A DNA stretch of 64,000 bases from Prevotella sp. (GCA_031285625.1 JAITVV010000095.1:32001-96000), one strand, 5' to 3'; counted from the first letter of the stretch, positions 29,187 through 40,228 are shown. Notes: generated by a model not told the origin, from the sequence alone. Program-made: numbers and translations.

Positions 29187-30338
29187 TTACTCAAAATAGT
29201 TAAGAATCCGATAACCTCCGTTTTTAAGGAATTCTTCTTTCTTCATCAACTCAACATCGTGAATAACCATATCATTACATAGTGCTTTCAGATCATATGT
29301 TGGTTCCCATCCTAGTTTTGTTCTGGCTTTTGTATTATCTCCTATCAGAATATCAACTTCTGTTGGGCGGAAATAAGCAGGATCTACACCTACTACAGCT
29401 TCCCCTATCCTTTTCTTCAAATCCGGAAAATGCTCAGAACCTACAACTTTAGAGAATATTTCTTCATTTACTGAAGATATGAAACCTTGTTCATTTTCAT
29501 TCTCACCTTTAAACTCAACATCAACTCCAACTTCTGCAAATGACATTTTTATAAAATCACGGATAGTTGTAGTCACTCCTGTTGATATAACATAATCATC
29601 AGGTGTTTCTTGCTGTAAGACAAGGTACATTGCCTTTATATAGTCTTTTGCATGCCCCCAGTCTCTTTTACTAGAGAGGTTACCCATAAAGACTTTATCT
29701 TGTAATCCAAGTGCAATACGAGCAACAGCTCTTGTTACTTTTCTGGTTACAAATGTCTCCCCTCTTAATGGAGATTCATGATTAAACAATATTCCATTGC
29801 TTGCATGCATACCATATGCTTCCCTATAATTAACTGTTATCCAGTAAGCATACAATTTTGCTACAGCATAAGGACTTCTCGGATAAAATGGAGTGGTTTC
29901 TTTTTGAGGAATCTCTTGTACCAATCCATATAATTCAGAAGTCGAAGCCTGATATATTCTGGTTTTCTTTGTTAAATTTAACAAACGTACAGCCTCAAGC
30001 ACACGGAGCGTGCCTATACCATCAGCATTAGCAGTATACTCAGGTGTATCAAAGCTAACCTTTACATGGCTCATTGCAGCCAAATTATATATTTCGTCTG
30101 GCTGAACATCCCCTATTATACGCGTCAAGTTCATACTATCTGTCATATCTCCATAATGAAGAATCATATTCCTATTTTCATCATGTGGATCTTGATATAA
30201 ATGATCTATACGGTCTGTGTTAAACAATGATGATCTTCTCTTCAGACCATGTACCGTATATCCTTTTTTTATCAAATATTCAGACAGATAAGCTCCATCT
30301 TGTCCTGTAACGCCTGTGATGAGTGCTATTTTACTCAT
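29187..30338 (-). CDS. gmd: GDP-mannose 4,6-dehydratase
   Basis: [45 protein letters not shown]. Confidence 0.97.
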   Translation of the reverse strand: MSKIALITGVTGQDGAYLSEYLIKKGYTVHGLKRRSSLFNTDRIDHLYQDPHDENRNMILHYGDMTDSMNLTRIIGDVQPDEIYNLAAMSHVKVSFDTPEYTANADGIGTLRVLEAVRLLNLTKKTRIYQASTSELYGLVQEIPQKETTPFYPRSPYAVAKLYAYWITVNYREAYGMHASNGILFNHESPLRGETFVTRKVTRAVARIALGLQDKVFMGNLSSKRDWGHAKDYIKAMYLVLQQETPDDYVISTGVTTTIRDFIKMSFAEVGVDVEFKGENENEQGFISSVNEEIFSKVVGSEHFPDLKKRIGEAVVGVDPAYFRPTEVDILIGDNTKARTKLGWEPTYDLKALCNDMVIHDVELMKKEEFLKNGGYRILNYFE

Positions 30339-30460
30339 AAATTCACTTAATAAAACCTTATTAAGATTTAATGTTAGTTATATTTATTTACATCCATTCT
30401 TGTCCTCTACTTACCGAGTTTACCCTAGTAAGCCAATGAACAGAATAAGCCACAAAGATA
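30339..30460 (-). promoter_or_regulatory. gmd promoter (-7 box) and structured 5' leader
   Basis: TATCTTTG at 30453-30460; interrupted stem 30394-30448; perfect 8-bp hairpin 30346-30365. Confidence 0.5.
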
Positions 30461-30523
30461 TATTTTTTTTAACTAAAACAAATAAAAATCTCTTTAAATT
30501 AGCGTTTTCCACTGCATTTTTCT

Positions 30524-31711
30524 CTATAATACTGCATTTGAAAGCATTAATTCTGAAATCTGTGCAAATCGCCTGAGAACTTTCCCTTTTTTATCCAATA
30601 GAAAGAATGTTGGAGTCCCCATTATTCCATAATTCATGAAATTTTTACCAGAATAGCCATTAAAGTCACAAAGCTTATCCATCCATGGAAAATTTTTCAA
30701 ATCCTGTTCGAAAACCTCATTATCATCTCCACCTGATATAGAAATAACTCTAATTTTTTCACTTTCCAATTTGGAATATTCATTTATTAACTGTTTTAAC
30801 TGAATATGACAATTCTCACAATCAGGCTGATAAAATACAATCAGCGCCTTTTCTTCTCCGGCTTCTCCTATAGATTTAGACAATCCCTCAATCTTTGGAG
30901 CCTCCATTCCCTTTCGCACTTTTGCCAAAATAAAAGCTGTATATATTTTATCTTGCGGAACCGGGATTCTTCCAGATTGTTCAACATAAGGTATAATTAT
31001 ATCAAAGGCATCATCCCAACCATATTGCTCTGTTATGGTTATCAAATTATCAACAAGATGCACATAGACTTCATCCGACCTTATTTTTTCTAAAAGTTTA
31101 GTCATGTATTCACCTAATGCTTGCTGATCTCCATTGAGTTTCACTAAAGCATCAATTATATTATACCAGAGGCTACTCGTATACAGAGTTTCAAAACTCA
31201 GATCATTTAATGCGTAAGAACGGATAGCTCCTTTTTCTTTCAAGTTGGGAAACCTTTGTGATATAACTTTATTTAAAGCCTGATTATATCTGATTAATTG
31301 AATAAAACGGGATGCGTATAAAGTTGTATCCTCTTCAGGTATGATTCTGTCCTGAATAATAGAATATAAATACTTATTTTCAGCTGAATTATTAAAAATA
31401 TACTTTCCATCAGCACCTTGTTCTACCGAAAAATCTTCATGATTAACAATCATATTAAAGGCTGATATGTCTTTAATAATCAATCCCCCCATGCCAGCAT
31501 AATCCTTGTAAGTATCCGAAATCCGAACATCTATTTTACCGGTAAAAGGCAAAACGCCCTTTTGGATTGTATCTTGATTTATTCCTTTATGTAAAACAAA
31601 TACATATTCTTTATTTACATGTTGTGGAAGTGTTATAGTAATCTTTTGGGCATTTAGTATAAATGGTATCATTAGTACCGATACCATAAATAACAATCTC
31701 TTACTGCTCAT
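30524..31711 (-). CDS. Secreted thioredoxin-like (AhpC/TSA) domain protein
   Basis: Signal peptide, FYQPDCENC, YGIMGTPTFFLLD. Confidence 0.8.
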   Translation of the reverse strand: MSSKRLLFMVSVLMIPFILNAQKITITLPQHVNKEYVFVLHKGINQDTIQKGVLPFTGKIDVRISDTYKDYAGMGGLIIKDISAFNMIVNHEDFSVEQGADGKYIFNNSAENKYLYSIIQDRIIPEEDTTLYASRFIQLIRYNQALNKVISQRFPNLKEKGAIRSYALNDLSFETLYTSSLWYNIIDALVKLNGDQQALGEYMTKLLEKIRSDEVYVHLVDNLITITEQYGWDDAFDIIIPYVEQSGRIPVPQDKIYTAFILAKVRKGMEAPKIEGLSKSIGEAGEEKALIVFYQPDCENCHIQLKQLINEYSKLESEKIRVISISGGDDNEVFEQDLKNFPWMDKLCDFNGYSGKNFMNYGIMGTPTFFLLDKKGKVLRRFAQISELMLSNAVL

Positions 31712-31725
31712 TTTTTTGTCTATAA

Positions 31726-33159
31726 TTATAATAATGGTGAAAACAAACGCATAACCGATTCTTTAAATTTTTCAATTCTTGATCGCTTATCCCATTCTTC
31801 AACAGATAATAACGAAGATTGTTTCATATCCCTGAAAAATATTTCCTGTGCCTTTCTACAGGTTTCTTCACTATAGATAAAAGCATCGATCTCAAAATTA
31901 TGCTCAAAACTACGCATATCCATATTTGCAGAGCCTGTTATTGTCAGTGAATTATCAATAGTCATTAATTTGGAGTGTAGAAAACCTGCTTCGAAGAAAT
32001 AAACATTCACTTTTGCATCCAAAACTTCTTTAAGAAAAGACATCGAGGCAATATGAACGAATGTAGTATCCGAATCGCGAGGTAGCATCAGTCGCACATC
32101 AACTCCTCTCATTGCCGCCATTTGTAAAACCTGTAAAAGAGAATCTGTCGGGACAAAATAGGGGGTCTGAATATACACACTCTCTTTTGCATTGGAGATG
32201 GCCTGCAAAATACCCAAATGTATATCTTTAAACTGTCCGACCGGACCACTTGTTACCAGCTGCATCAGATTATCGCCTTTGTTCTCCAATATAGGATAAT
32301 AGGTATCTGAAGCCAGAAACTCTTTCCGGGATGAATACCAGTCAATAAGAAAGGACGTTTGTAACCCTGCAACCCCTTTCCCTTCTATCTTAATATGACT
32401 ATCACGCCACACTCCTGATTTCACACCATTGATATATCTGTCTGCAACATTCATTCCTCCTACAAAACCAACCTTACCATCAATAACGACAATTTTCCGG
32501 TGATTTCTGTAATTTACCCGGCTGGTTAAGAACTTGAATGCAACTTTCAGGAAAGGTTGCACCTCAACGCCCCTAGCCTGCATATCCTTAAAAAAACGAC
32601 GCTTAGCTTTCCATGAACCAACATCATCATATATGAGACGAACTTCGATTCCCTCTGCAGCTTTACGGACTAAGATATCACGGGTTTTACATCCGATTTC
32701 GTCATCTAAAAAAATATAGTATTGGATATGAATATGTTTTTGAGCTTTTTCTAATTCTTCAAAAAGGGCTTCGAATTTTTCCTTTCCTGTGGAATAAAAT
32801 GTTACGTTACTTCCTCCATACAGGGGTGATGCTTTCAGTCGGTTCAACAAGTTGACTAACCCCTTATATTCAACCGGAGGGTTTAATGTCTCAAGTAATT
32901 CGCGTCTGCCGATAGACCGGCGATTGAGTTTTTTATACATCTTATGTGAGATAAGACGTTGCTTACGATTATCTTCACCAAAGAAATAATAGATAATAAG
33001 CCCCACCAGAGGCAGCAACAGCAATATCAGTACCCATGAAATAGTCTTCAAGGGATTCCTGTTTTCCGAGATAACAATAACCATTGTTCCTAAAGCCGTA
33101 ACGACATAAAGAATCTGGAAAATAAGGATTAAATGTCCTGTTGCTTCTGAAGCTTCCAC
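31726..33159 (-). CDS. cls: Cardiolipin synthase
   Basis: Two TMs, two HKD motifs (HRKIVVID, HSKLMTID). Confidence 0.95.
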   Translation of the reverse strand: MEASEATGHLILIFQILYVVTALGTMVIVISENRNPLKTISWVLILLLLPLVGLIIYYFFGEDNRKQRLISHKMYKKLNRRSIGRRELLETLNPPVEYKGLVNLLNRLKASPLYGGSNVTFYSTGKEKFEALFEELEKAQKHIHIQYYIFLDDEIGCKTRDILVRKAAEGIEVRLIYDDVGSWKAKRRFFKDMQARGVEVQPFLKVAFKFLTSRVNYRNHRKIVVIDGKVGFVGGMNVADRYINGVKSGVWRDSHIKIEGKGVAGLQTSFLIDWYSSRKEFLASDTYYPILENKGDNLMQLVTSGPVGQFKDIHLGILQAISNAKESVYIQTPYFVPTDSLLQVLQMAAMRGVDVRLMLPRDSDTTFVHIASMSFLKEVLDAKVNVYFFEAGFLHSKLMTIDNSLTITGSANMDMRSFEHNFEIDAFIYSEETCRKAQEIFFRDMKQSSLLSVEEWDKRSRIEKFKESVMRLFSPLL

Positions 33160-33224
33160 CTAAAAATTTAATTTTCTCAAAGTTATAATAAAATCTGTGT
33201 AGAAGATTATTTTGTTAAATAAAT

Positions 33225-33617
33225 TTAAATTCCCTCATCTAAGCGATGGAGTAAATCTTCTCTTAAAACTGTTCTTTCCCATGAATAGGTAGTATCGGCG
33301 TTCTGAATATATTCTATAATATCAAGAGCTTTTACCAAATTCCCCCTATCTTTTTTATTGGTAATATCATATTCTATCATCAACAACTTAGCATATTGTT
33401 CAAGAAGGTCATTATCGTTTATTTTCTCCATAAGGAGATGGACTTCATTGTTTTGTGTAACCTCAAAATTAGTATGAAAAAATTCAAAACATTCATCCAG
33501 TACCGATTTCCTTTCAGCATCTGTTAAGAGTTTATTCTCATCGATAACCTGCTGCAACCTCTTAAAGAACTCTTCGATAAGGCGTTGTAAATAATCTTTT
33601 TTACGCTGTTGTAACAT
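33225..33617 (-). CDS. Hypothetical helical protein
   Basis: Clean ORF in operon; start placed at MLQQRKKDYL. Confidence 0.7.
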   Translation of the reverse strand: MLQQRKKDYLQRLIEEFFKRLQQVIDENKLLTDAERKSVLDECFEFFHTNFEVTQNNEVHLLMEKINDNDLLEQYAKLLMIEYDITNKKDRGNLVKALDIIEYIQNADTTYSWERTVLREDLLHRLDEGI

Positions 33618-33621
33618 CCGG

Positions 33622-33990
33622 TTATTTCCTTTCTCTATCAATTAAATAGCAGATTGCACCACCAATTGTATAACAAACAATATCCCACCAGCTAAAGGAT
33701 GATCCTATAATGGTTCGCATTACTTTATTACCCTGTAATCCTAATACTTCAACCAGCCTGAGGTACTGTCCGAATTCGACAAGATACGCAAAAAGCAAAA
33801 CAGCCACAACCAGATAAATAGTTTTTGTTTCAATAAACGATTTTAGAAAATAATATATCAGTATAACCACTAAAATATCACCACCATAGGGACGAATAAA
33901 AGAATCGTCTACAAATAAGGCTATTAAAACTTCGATTAAGAAAATGATAAGACAGATAACAAACGACTTTAAGTCAAATCTCCACTTCAT
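33622..33990 (-). CDS. DUF2809 membrane protein
   Basis: FIRPYGGDILVV, VEFGQY, GSSFSWWDIVCY. Confidence 0.85.
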   Translation of the reverse strand: MKWRFDLKSFVICLIIFLIEVLIALFVDDSFIRPYGGDILVVILIYYFLKSFIETKTIYLVVAVLLFAYLVEFGQYLRLVEVLGLQGNKVMRTIIGSSFSWWDIVCYTIGGAICYLIDRERK

Positions 33991-34002
33991 AGATAATTAA
34001 GA

Positions 34003-34929
34003 TTATTTTCTGTATTTTTCGCCGATTTCATCTTCCATCATATTCAAGTAAGATTTATAACGGCTTTCGCTTATATAATGTTTATCTACTGCTTCACGCA
34101 CTGCACAACCCGGTTCGTTTATATGTATACAGTTATTGAACCTGCAATCTTTGGAGAACTTAAAAATATCTGGAAAGAAGTGAAATATTTCATTCCGTTC
34201 CATATCCACAGTACCAAATCCTTTTATACCCGGGGTATCAATTATAAAACCACCTTGGGGCAATTCAATCATTTCCGAGAAAGTAGTAGTATGCATTCCT
34301 TTTCCATGATAATCGGAAATAGCTCCTGTTTTTAGTTTTGTATCAGGGATAAGAGTATTTATCAGTGTGGACTTTCCCACCCCCGAATGCCCGGAAAATA
34401 AGGTTATTTTCCCTTGTATTTTTTCTTGTAGAATATCTAATCCTATGTTTTGCAAAGCTGAAATTTTCAATCCCGGATAGCCAATATAATCATACATACT
34501 GATTAGTGCATCCATGTATTCCCTTTCATCTTCCGAATAAATATCAGCCTTATTGAATATCAGATTGACTGGCACACGGTAGGCTTCTGCCGATGCAAGA
34601 AAACGATCGATAAAAACAGTTGATGTTACAGGGTGATTTATGGTTACAATGAGAAAACAGAGATCTATATTAGCTGCTATAATGTGAGACTGTTTTGATA
34701 AATTTGACGAACGGCGGATAATATAATTTTTACGGTCTTCTATTTCTGTAATCAGAGCTGTTCCTTCATTATTTTCGATAATAGAAACTCTGTCACCCAC
34801 CGCAATAGGATTTGTGCTTCGTATACCTTTCAGACGAAAATTTCCTTTGATCTTACATTCGATATTACGTCCATCTTCTGTACGAACCAGGTACCAACTA
34901 CCCGTATTTTTAATTACAAGACCATTCAT
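34003..34929 (-). CDS. rsgA: Ribosome small subunit-dependent GTPase A
   Basis: [33 protein letters not shown]. Confidence 0.96.
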   Translation of the reverse strand: MNGLVIKNTGSWYLVRTEDGRNIECKIKGNFRLKGIRSTNPIAVGDRVSIIENNEGTALITEIEDRKNYIIRRSSNLSKQSHIIAANIDLCFLIVTINHPVTSTVFIDRFLASAEAYRVPVNLIFNKADIYSEDEREYMDALISMYDYIGYPGLKISALQNIGLDILQEKIQGKITLFSGHSGVGKSTLINTLIPDTKLKTGAISDYHGKGMHTTTFSEMIELPQGGFIIDTPGIKGFGTVDMERNEIFHFFPDIFKFSKDCRFNNCIHINEPGCAVREAVDKHYISESRYKSYLNMMEDEIGEKYRK

Positions 34930-34935
34930 CTATAC

Positions 34936-35024
34936 ATTCGGAAATTAGCAAATTCGGAAATTAGCAAATGAACTGATAGTAGTAAAAACATTCGCTAATT
35001 TCCGAATTCCCAAATATGCTAATT
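34936..35024. repeat. Tandem plus inverted short repeat cluster
   Basis: ATTCGGAAATTAGCAA x2 (34936-34967) and inverted GCTAATTTCCGAAT (34994-35007). Confidence 0.85.
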
Positions 35025-35026
35025 GT

Positions 35027-35590
35027 TTATACTGTCAATATCTCTTTTTCTTTAAGAGCAAAGACTTCATCTATTTTTTTTATATATTTATCATGAAGCT
35101 TTTGCATGTCATTTTCAGCATCTTTGGCTACATCTTCTGCAACACCTTCTTTTACAGATTTTTTGATAGTATCAATTGCATCACGACGTGCATTACGAAT
35201 ACTTACTTTTGCATCTTCAGCTTCTTGTTTTGCTTGTTTTACCAATGCTTTACGACGTTCCTCTGTTAATGGAGGTATAGACAGGCGAATAATCTCACCA
35301 TTATTGTCAGGAGTAATACCCACATCAGAATTCAAAATTGCTTTCTCTACTTCTTTCAGCATTTGCTTTTCCCATGGTTGAACTATAATGGTTCTTGCAT
35401 CAGGAGTGTTGATAGCTGCCACACCGCTTAGTGCAGTAAGTGTGCCGTAATAATCGAGCTTAATGCCATCAAGAATACGAGGATTTGCTTTCCCCGCACG
35501 GATATGAGCTAAAGTTTCATCTAAGAATTCAACTGAAGATTGCATTTTAGCTTCTGCTTTCTGTTGGATTTGTTTTAGGTCTGCTGCCAT
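35027..35590 (-). CDS. frr: Ribosome recycling factor
   Basis: [26 protein letters not shown]; start at MAADLK. Confidence 0.96.
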   Translation of the reverse strand: MAADLKQIQQKAEAKMQSSVEFLDETLAHIRAGKANPRILDGIKLDYYGTLTALSGVAAINTPDARTIIVQPWEKQMLKEVEKAILNSDVGITPDNNGEIIRLSIPPLTEERRKALVKQAKQEAEDAKVSIRNARRDAIDTIKKSVKEGVAEDVAKDAENDMQKLHDKYIKKIDEVFALKEKEILTV

Positions 35591-35615
35591 AGCTTTATAT
35601 ATTTTTATTAATATT

Positions 35616-35951
35616 TTAGTCCAGATTATGCCCTTTGGGTAATTGTGTAAGTCCAATTATAAACTGTGCAATACCTGCAAGAATTAGCAACGATGGAAAT
35701 ACGATATGCGCTGTTATGGTTATAAAAGCACCTACTGCACATATCAGACAGCCCAGAAAAATATTCCGTTTAGCTGTTTTCATATTTTCCTTATCTACCG
35801 AGGTAATTATATCATTCAACATAGCATATGCATCATCTTCGTTCAGCCCCCGTTCAATAAGAAATATTTTAACTTTTTCAGGATTCTCCCTTTTTCGTAT
35901 CAAGGATACTGCCTGATCATGTAATTGATTATTCAAAATCACTTTGTTCAT
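35616..35951 (-). CDS. Hypothetical membrane protein between pyrH and frr
   Basis: Helical N-terminus, two C-terminal TMs, tight operon spacing. Confidence 0.7.
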   Translation of the reverse strand: MNKVILNNQLHDQAVSLIRKRENPEKVKIFLIERGLNEDDAYAMLNDIITSVDKENMKTAKRNIFLGCLICAVGAFITITAHIVFPSLLILAGIAQFIIGLTQLPKGHNLD

Positions 35952-35953
35952 TT

Positions 35954-36664
35954 TTATGCGTGTACGTATGTACCTATTTTTTCACCTTTAATCAGTTTTT
36001 CAAGATTGCCCGGAGTGTCCATATCGAAGACGACAATCGGGAGATTATTCTCCTTACACATTACAGTCGCTGTCATATCCATTACTTTGAGTCCACGGCT
36101 GTATACCTCATCATAAGATATGGTATCGAATTTTGTTGCTGTAGGGTCTTTTTCGGGATCAGCTGTATAAACACCGTCAACACGTGTCCCCTTCAGCATT
36201 ACATCGGCCTCTATTTCTATTCCCCGGAGAGATGAACCTGTATCTGTAGTAAAGAAAGGATTGCCCGTGCCACATGATAAAATAACAACTTCACCATTCT
36301 CCATTGATTCTATAGCTTTCCATTTGCTATATATTTCACCAATAGGTTCCATGCGAATAGCAGTCAGTACCCGTGCCTTTTGCCCGATAGCCACCAATGC
36401 CGAACTCAGCGCTAAGCTATTGATTACAGTTGCCAGCATTCCCATCTGATCACCTTTTACGCGATCGAATCCGTCAGATGCGCCACTTAGTCCGCGGAAG
36501 ATGTTGCCCCCCCCGATAACTATACTGATCTGAACACCCATATCTGCAACTGCCTTTATTTGTGCGGCATATTCATTCAAACGGTTAACATCAATACCAT
36601 ATTGTTGCTCTCCCATGAGAGACTCCCCGCTTAATTTGAGGAGTATTCTTTCATATTTTACCAT
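35954..36664 (-). CDS. pyrH: Uridylate kinase
   Basis: LLKLSGE, GGGNIFRG, GNPFFTTD, VDGVY.ADP. Confidence 0.97.
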   Translation of the reverse strand: MVKYERILLKLSGESLMGEQQYGIDVNRLNEYAAQIKAVADMGVQISIVIGGGNIFRGLSGASDGFDRVKGDQMGMLATVINSLALSSALVAIGQKARVLTAIRMEPIGEIYSKWKAIESMENGEVVILSCGTGNPFFTTDTGSSLRGIEIEADVMLKGTRVDGVYTADPEKDPTATKFDTISYDEVYSRGLKVMDMTATVMCKENNLPIVVFDMDTPGNLEKLIKGEKIGTYVHA

Positions 36665-36896
36665 TCTTTTCACTTATGTTAGTGCAAATCTAGTACAATT
36701 TGTGAAATTACGAAAACCTATTTCACCTGTTAGTTTTTATTAATTAATCAAAATATGTTTTTTTTATATCCATTCCTAAGAAAAACATTGTAAACCATAT
36801 CTATATAATACAGTAAAACGATAAAACCAAGATACATAAATTAACAACCAACGATAAGAAAATATATTATCTTTGGCTATATTATTTTTTCTAAAT

Positions 36897-37598
36897 ATGT
36901 TTTCTCAGGTTTGGATTTTATTTGTTGCAGGCTTACTGATGGTATTTTTTATGCTTATTGCCATTGTGTGGACAATCATGAAATGGAATAATAAGCAAAA
37001 CCGCAGTGTTGGATGCGCTATCATTTTTCTACTTTTTATAGTAATAATTGGTTGTGGTACTATTGTCACAATAAAAACTCTAAACTTCTTTAAGAATGCC
37101 ACACCGGCAAGTGTAGAAAAAGGGATGGAAATCTTTTCCGAAATAGCTACTGTGAGACATTCCGATTCCAACTTTATGGATAGTATAAAATCGTTGCAAC
37201 CAGTTGACAGAATAATACCTGAAACCTACTTTACGTATGCCGGCTTACGGGATTATTACCGCATGCCTCTTGTTTATCCTTTTTCCATGTCTACTATTGA
37301 TGTACTTGATTATGGCACAATTAACGACGAGAGTGGTATAAAGCATATAGCAAAAGATGCAGACAAAGGAAAACAATTGTTTGGCGGAATTACTTCCTTT
37401 ACATTTGATAAAAGGCTATTAATGGCCAAGGTCGAATCATATTCCGGAAATGAAATAAAATATATTCTGCTTGATTTTAATACCGGACAAAAAGAAGAAT
37501 TTTATACAGAGCCTGAACTAAAAGAAAAAGCAGCGGCACTTGGTTTTGATATATCAAAGGCCTGGATGACTGTAAAAGAATATTATTATAAATTCTAA
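36897..37598 (+). CDS. Hypothetical membrane-anchored protein
   Basis: Two N-terminal TMs, RDYYRMPLVYPF; followed by terminator. Confidence 0.7.
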   Translation: MFSQVWILFVAGLLMVFFMLIAIVWTIMKWNNKQNRSVGCAIIFLLFIVIIGCGTIVTIKTLNFFKNATPASVEKGMEIFSEIATVRHSDSNFMDSIKSLQPVDRIIPETYFTYAGLRDYYRMPLVYPFSMSTIDVLDYGTINDESGIKHIAKDADKGKQLFGGITSFTFDKRLLMAKVESYSGNEIKYILLDFNTGQKEEFYTEPELKEKAAALGFDISKAWMTVKEYYYKF

Positions 37599-37610
37599 TA
37601 TGAAAACTAA

Positions 37611-37637
37611 AAGGAGCATGGATTATCCATGCTCCTT
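37611..37637. terminator. Terminator between convergent genes
   Basis: AAGGAGCATGGA-TTA-TCCATGCTCCTT perfect hairpin. Confidence 0.8.
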
Positions 37638-37662
37638 ATAACTATGTAAATCAACACTATTA

Positions 37663-38913
37663 CTACCTGTCAAGCCCTTTAAAATTTCCGTTAGAATCAA
37701 AAATCAATTCCAATTCAGGATAGCCTGACAACTCTACTTTAAATCCTATCGTTTTCTTTTCGTATTCTTCAATCTTTTTATCCGGATAATTTGTCTTCAC
37801 ATATGATAAGATTGCTCCTAAGACCACACTATCGGGAACACTGTTGCCCGGTAATACCTCAACACTCTTCATATCACCTTTAATATAGAAATCAACTTTT
37901 GTTCCATTTGCAAGCTTCACTTCATATTCATCATCATCCTGTTCTGCATAAAGAAAAGTAGTGGCAGTCAGGAAATGCTCTGTAAGATATAACTGAACAG
38001 CCTGTGGCAATGCAGAGAATTGTAAACGCTGTCCATTATTATTATTGTTATTATTACCATTCGAATTCCAAAGATTACCTTCTTTATCAAATACGAGGTC
38101 AATGTCTCCATTCAGTTCAACTTCATATGTACTAATTTTATTCTTTATACTTTCCACTTTCTTTGATGAAAAATTCGAGGAAATATAATCCTGTATTTTC
38201 TGAGGGAGCAAAGCAATAACAGTCTGAGGCATCTGATCTTTTTCTACTTCTACTTTATACCAGTTCCCTAACAGATCAAATTCCACATCTGTATCGTTAG
38301 CATACTTTACATCGTAACCATCATTATCTTTTTTTACCTTAGAAGGAGTTAGCCCTTTAAAATGAGTATTCAAAAATGTCTGAGAAGACTCCGGTAAATT
38401 TCCAAATTCAATAACCACATCGTCGTCGTCGTCATTATCCGCAGCTAAAAACTCGCCATTATAATCAAATTTCAGTTCTACGTCCAATTTTCCTGTCAAA
38501 TCAATTTTGTAACCATAAGTTTCTTTCTTAATCTCAGTTATCCCTCTTCCCTGGTAATTTTGACTAACATATGATAAAATACTCCTAGGAATAAGCGCCA
38601 GTACATTATCGGGCAGAACTGCATCGTTTCGTCCTTCTATCTCGATCCATTCGCCCTGACGGTCAAATTCGATCTCATAGCCTCCTGAAGCAGTACTTTT
38701 AGTTTTCTTACTTAATGAAACGGTATAACTACTGGCAAGTTGAACAGTCTTTGTAATATCATAATCTGCAAAATGGTCTGTTATAAACTGTTTGGATTCG
38801 GCTGGAAGGTTGTCATACGGGATAACCGTGTTGTCGTTGTCATCATCACTACTACATGCACTGAAAGCCAAAGCTATAGTAAATAGTGCAATCATTAAAA
38901 AATTCTTTTTCAT
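37663..38913 (-). CDS. PepSY-like (BLIP-fold) repeat lipoprotein
   Basis: Lipobox FSAC; three repeats of LP....FI..HF ... EFD..G.W ... YV..NY with D- and N-rich linkers. Confidence 0.85.
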   Translation of the reverse strand: MKKNFLMIALFTIALAFSACSSDDDNDNTVIPYDNLPAESKQFITDHFADYDITKTVQLASSYTVSLSKKTKSTASGGYEIEFDRQGEWIEIEGRNDAVLPDNVLALIPRSILSYVSQNYQGRGITEIKKETYGYKIDLTGKLDVELKFDYNGEFLAADNDDDDDVVIEFGNLPESSQTFLNTHFKGLTPSKVKKDNDGYDVKYANDTDVEFDLLGNWYKVEVEKDQMPQTVIALLPQKIQDYISSNFSSKKVESIKNKISTYEVELNGDIDLVFDKEGNLWNSNGNNNNNNNGQRLQFSALPQAVQLYLTEHFLTATTFLYAEQDDDEYEVKLANGTKVDFYIKGDMKSVEVLPGNSVPDSVVLGAILSYVKTNYPDKKIEEYEKKTIGFKVELSGYPELELIFDSNGNFKGLDR

Positions 38914-39071
38914 TTCCTTAAAGTTAAAGTTTAGTATTTAGTATTGTATAGTCCGACAAATATAGAAGGGTAAATCTGAAAAGAATCTGAAATATCCGGG
39001 GACAACTTTATTATTTTAAAATAAATCCTTAAAAAACATTATCTTTGCCTGATCCGTAAAAGAACAACAGT

Positions 39072-39890
39072 ATGAAAAAATTATCGTTTGTTATTCTAAT
39101 TTTATTATTCACCATGTGTAGCAATAAACCGAAAGAACCAATAGTAGTTATACAAACAAGTTATGGCAATATAAAAGTAAAACTCTACAACGAAACACCC
39201 GGACACAGAGACAATTTTCTGAAACTTGCAGAAGAAGGCTTTTATAAGAATCTCACCTTTCACCGTGTGATAAAAGACTTTATGATACAGGGAGGTGATC
39301 CAAAAACCAGGAACAGCACAGATACTACAACTATTGCAGAAGAGAAGACACTGGGAGACACAATTCCCGCTGAGATAAAATTCCCTCAGTATTTTCACAA
39401 GCGTGGAGCTCTGGCTGCTGCACGATGGGGAGATCTGGAAAATCCGACAAAGGCATCGGATGCCTCACAATTTTATATTGTAGCAGGTGAACTTTGCTCT
39501 GATAATAAGCTATCGGAAATAGAGAAGGAGCGTTACGAGCGGCTAAAACAAAAGATATACAAAGAAATACAATCTGCTAATATGGATGCATTAAAATCCC
39601 TGCTGAAGAGTGGAGATAGCACAGCTGCATCCTCTATGCGTGCCGACTGGCTAAAACAGGCCGAAGAACAGGCAAAAACCCGCGAAAAGGAAATACTGTA
39701 CACAGAAGAGCAACGTGAGTTCTATAAAACAAGAGGTGGTGTACCTCGGTTGGATAATGAATATACTGTATTTGGGGAAGTACTGGAAGGAATGGACGTT
39801 GTAGATAAAATACAGAATGTAAGAACAAATGAAAAGGATAAACCACTGAAAAATATTTTGATGAATGTGGTCATATTAGAAAAGGAATAG
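39072..39890 (+). CDS. Cyclophilin-type peptidyl-prolyl isomerase lipoprotein
   Basis: FHRVIKDFMIQGGDP, SQFYIV, YTVFGEV. Confidence 0.93.
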   Translation: MKKLSFVILILLFTMCSNKPKEPIVVIQTSYGNIKVKLYNETPGHRDNFLKLAEEGFYKNLTFHRVIKDFMIQGGDPKTRNSTDTTTIAEEKTLGDTIPAEIKFPQYFHKRGALAAARWGDLENPTKASDASQFYIVAGELCSDNKLSEIEKERYERLKQKIYKEIQSANMDALKSLLKSGDSTAASSMRADWLKQAEEQAKTREKEILYTEEQREFYKTRGGVPRLDNEYTVFGEVLEGMDVVDKIQNVRTNEKDKPLKNILMNVVILEKE

Positions 39891-39892
39891 CA

Positions 39893-40228
39893 ATGAAGCA
39901 AAGTAAGGAATTCATATTAAATAATGGCACTCAAATAGAAATAGTAGCACCTGGAACCACTCGTCAGATATTAGGCTATGACGAGAATATTATGCTTGTT
40001 AAAGTTAGCTTTGAGACTGGAGCAATTGGCGAAATGCACAGCCATCCTCATGTGCAAAGCTCATATATAGACAGTGGCAAATTTGAAGTTACCATCGACG
40101 GAAAAAAACAAGTATTAAGAAAAGGAGATGGGTTCTTCGTTCCTTCCGGAAAGATTCATGGATTAATCTGTCTGGAAGCAGGAGCTGTCATCGATGCCTT
40201 TACCCCGGCAAGGGAAGATTTCTTATAA
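39893..40228 (+). CDS. Cupin domain protein (KdgF-like)
   Basis: HSHPHVQ, G.F.VTIDG, HG..CLEAG...D.FTP.REDFL. Confidence 0.85.
   Translation: MKQSKEFILNNGTQIEIVAPGTTRQILGYDENIMLVKVSFETGAIGEMHSHPHVQSSYIDSGKFEVTIDGKKQVLRKGDGFFVPSGKIHGLICLEAGAVIDAFTPAREDFL

Noticed and set aside
28077-30338. gmd-fcl as part of a phase-variable capsule locus
   Set aside because: No glycosyltransferases, upxY/upxZ or invertible-promoter repeats nearby
38034-38060. (ATT)n microsatellite
   Set aside because: Encodes an in-frame poly-Asn linker between PepSY-like domains
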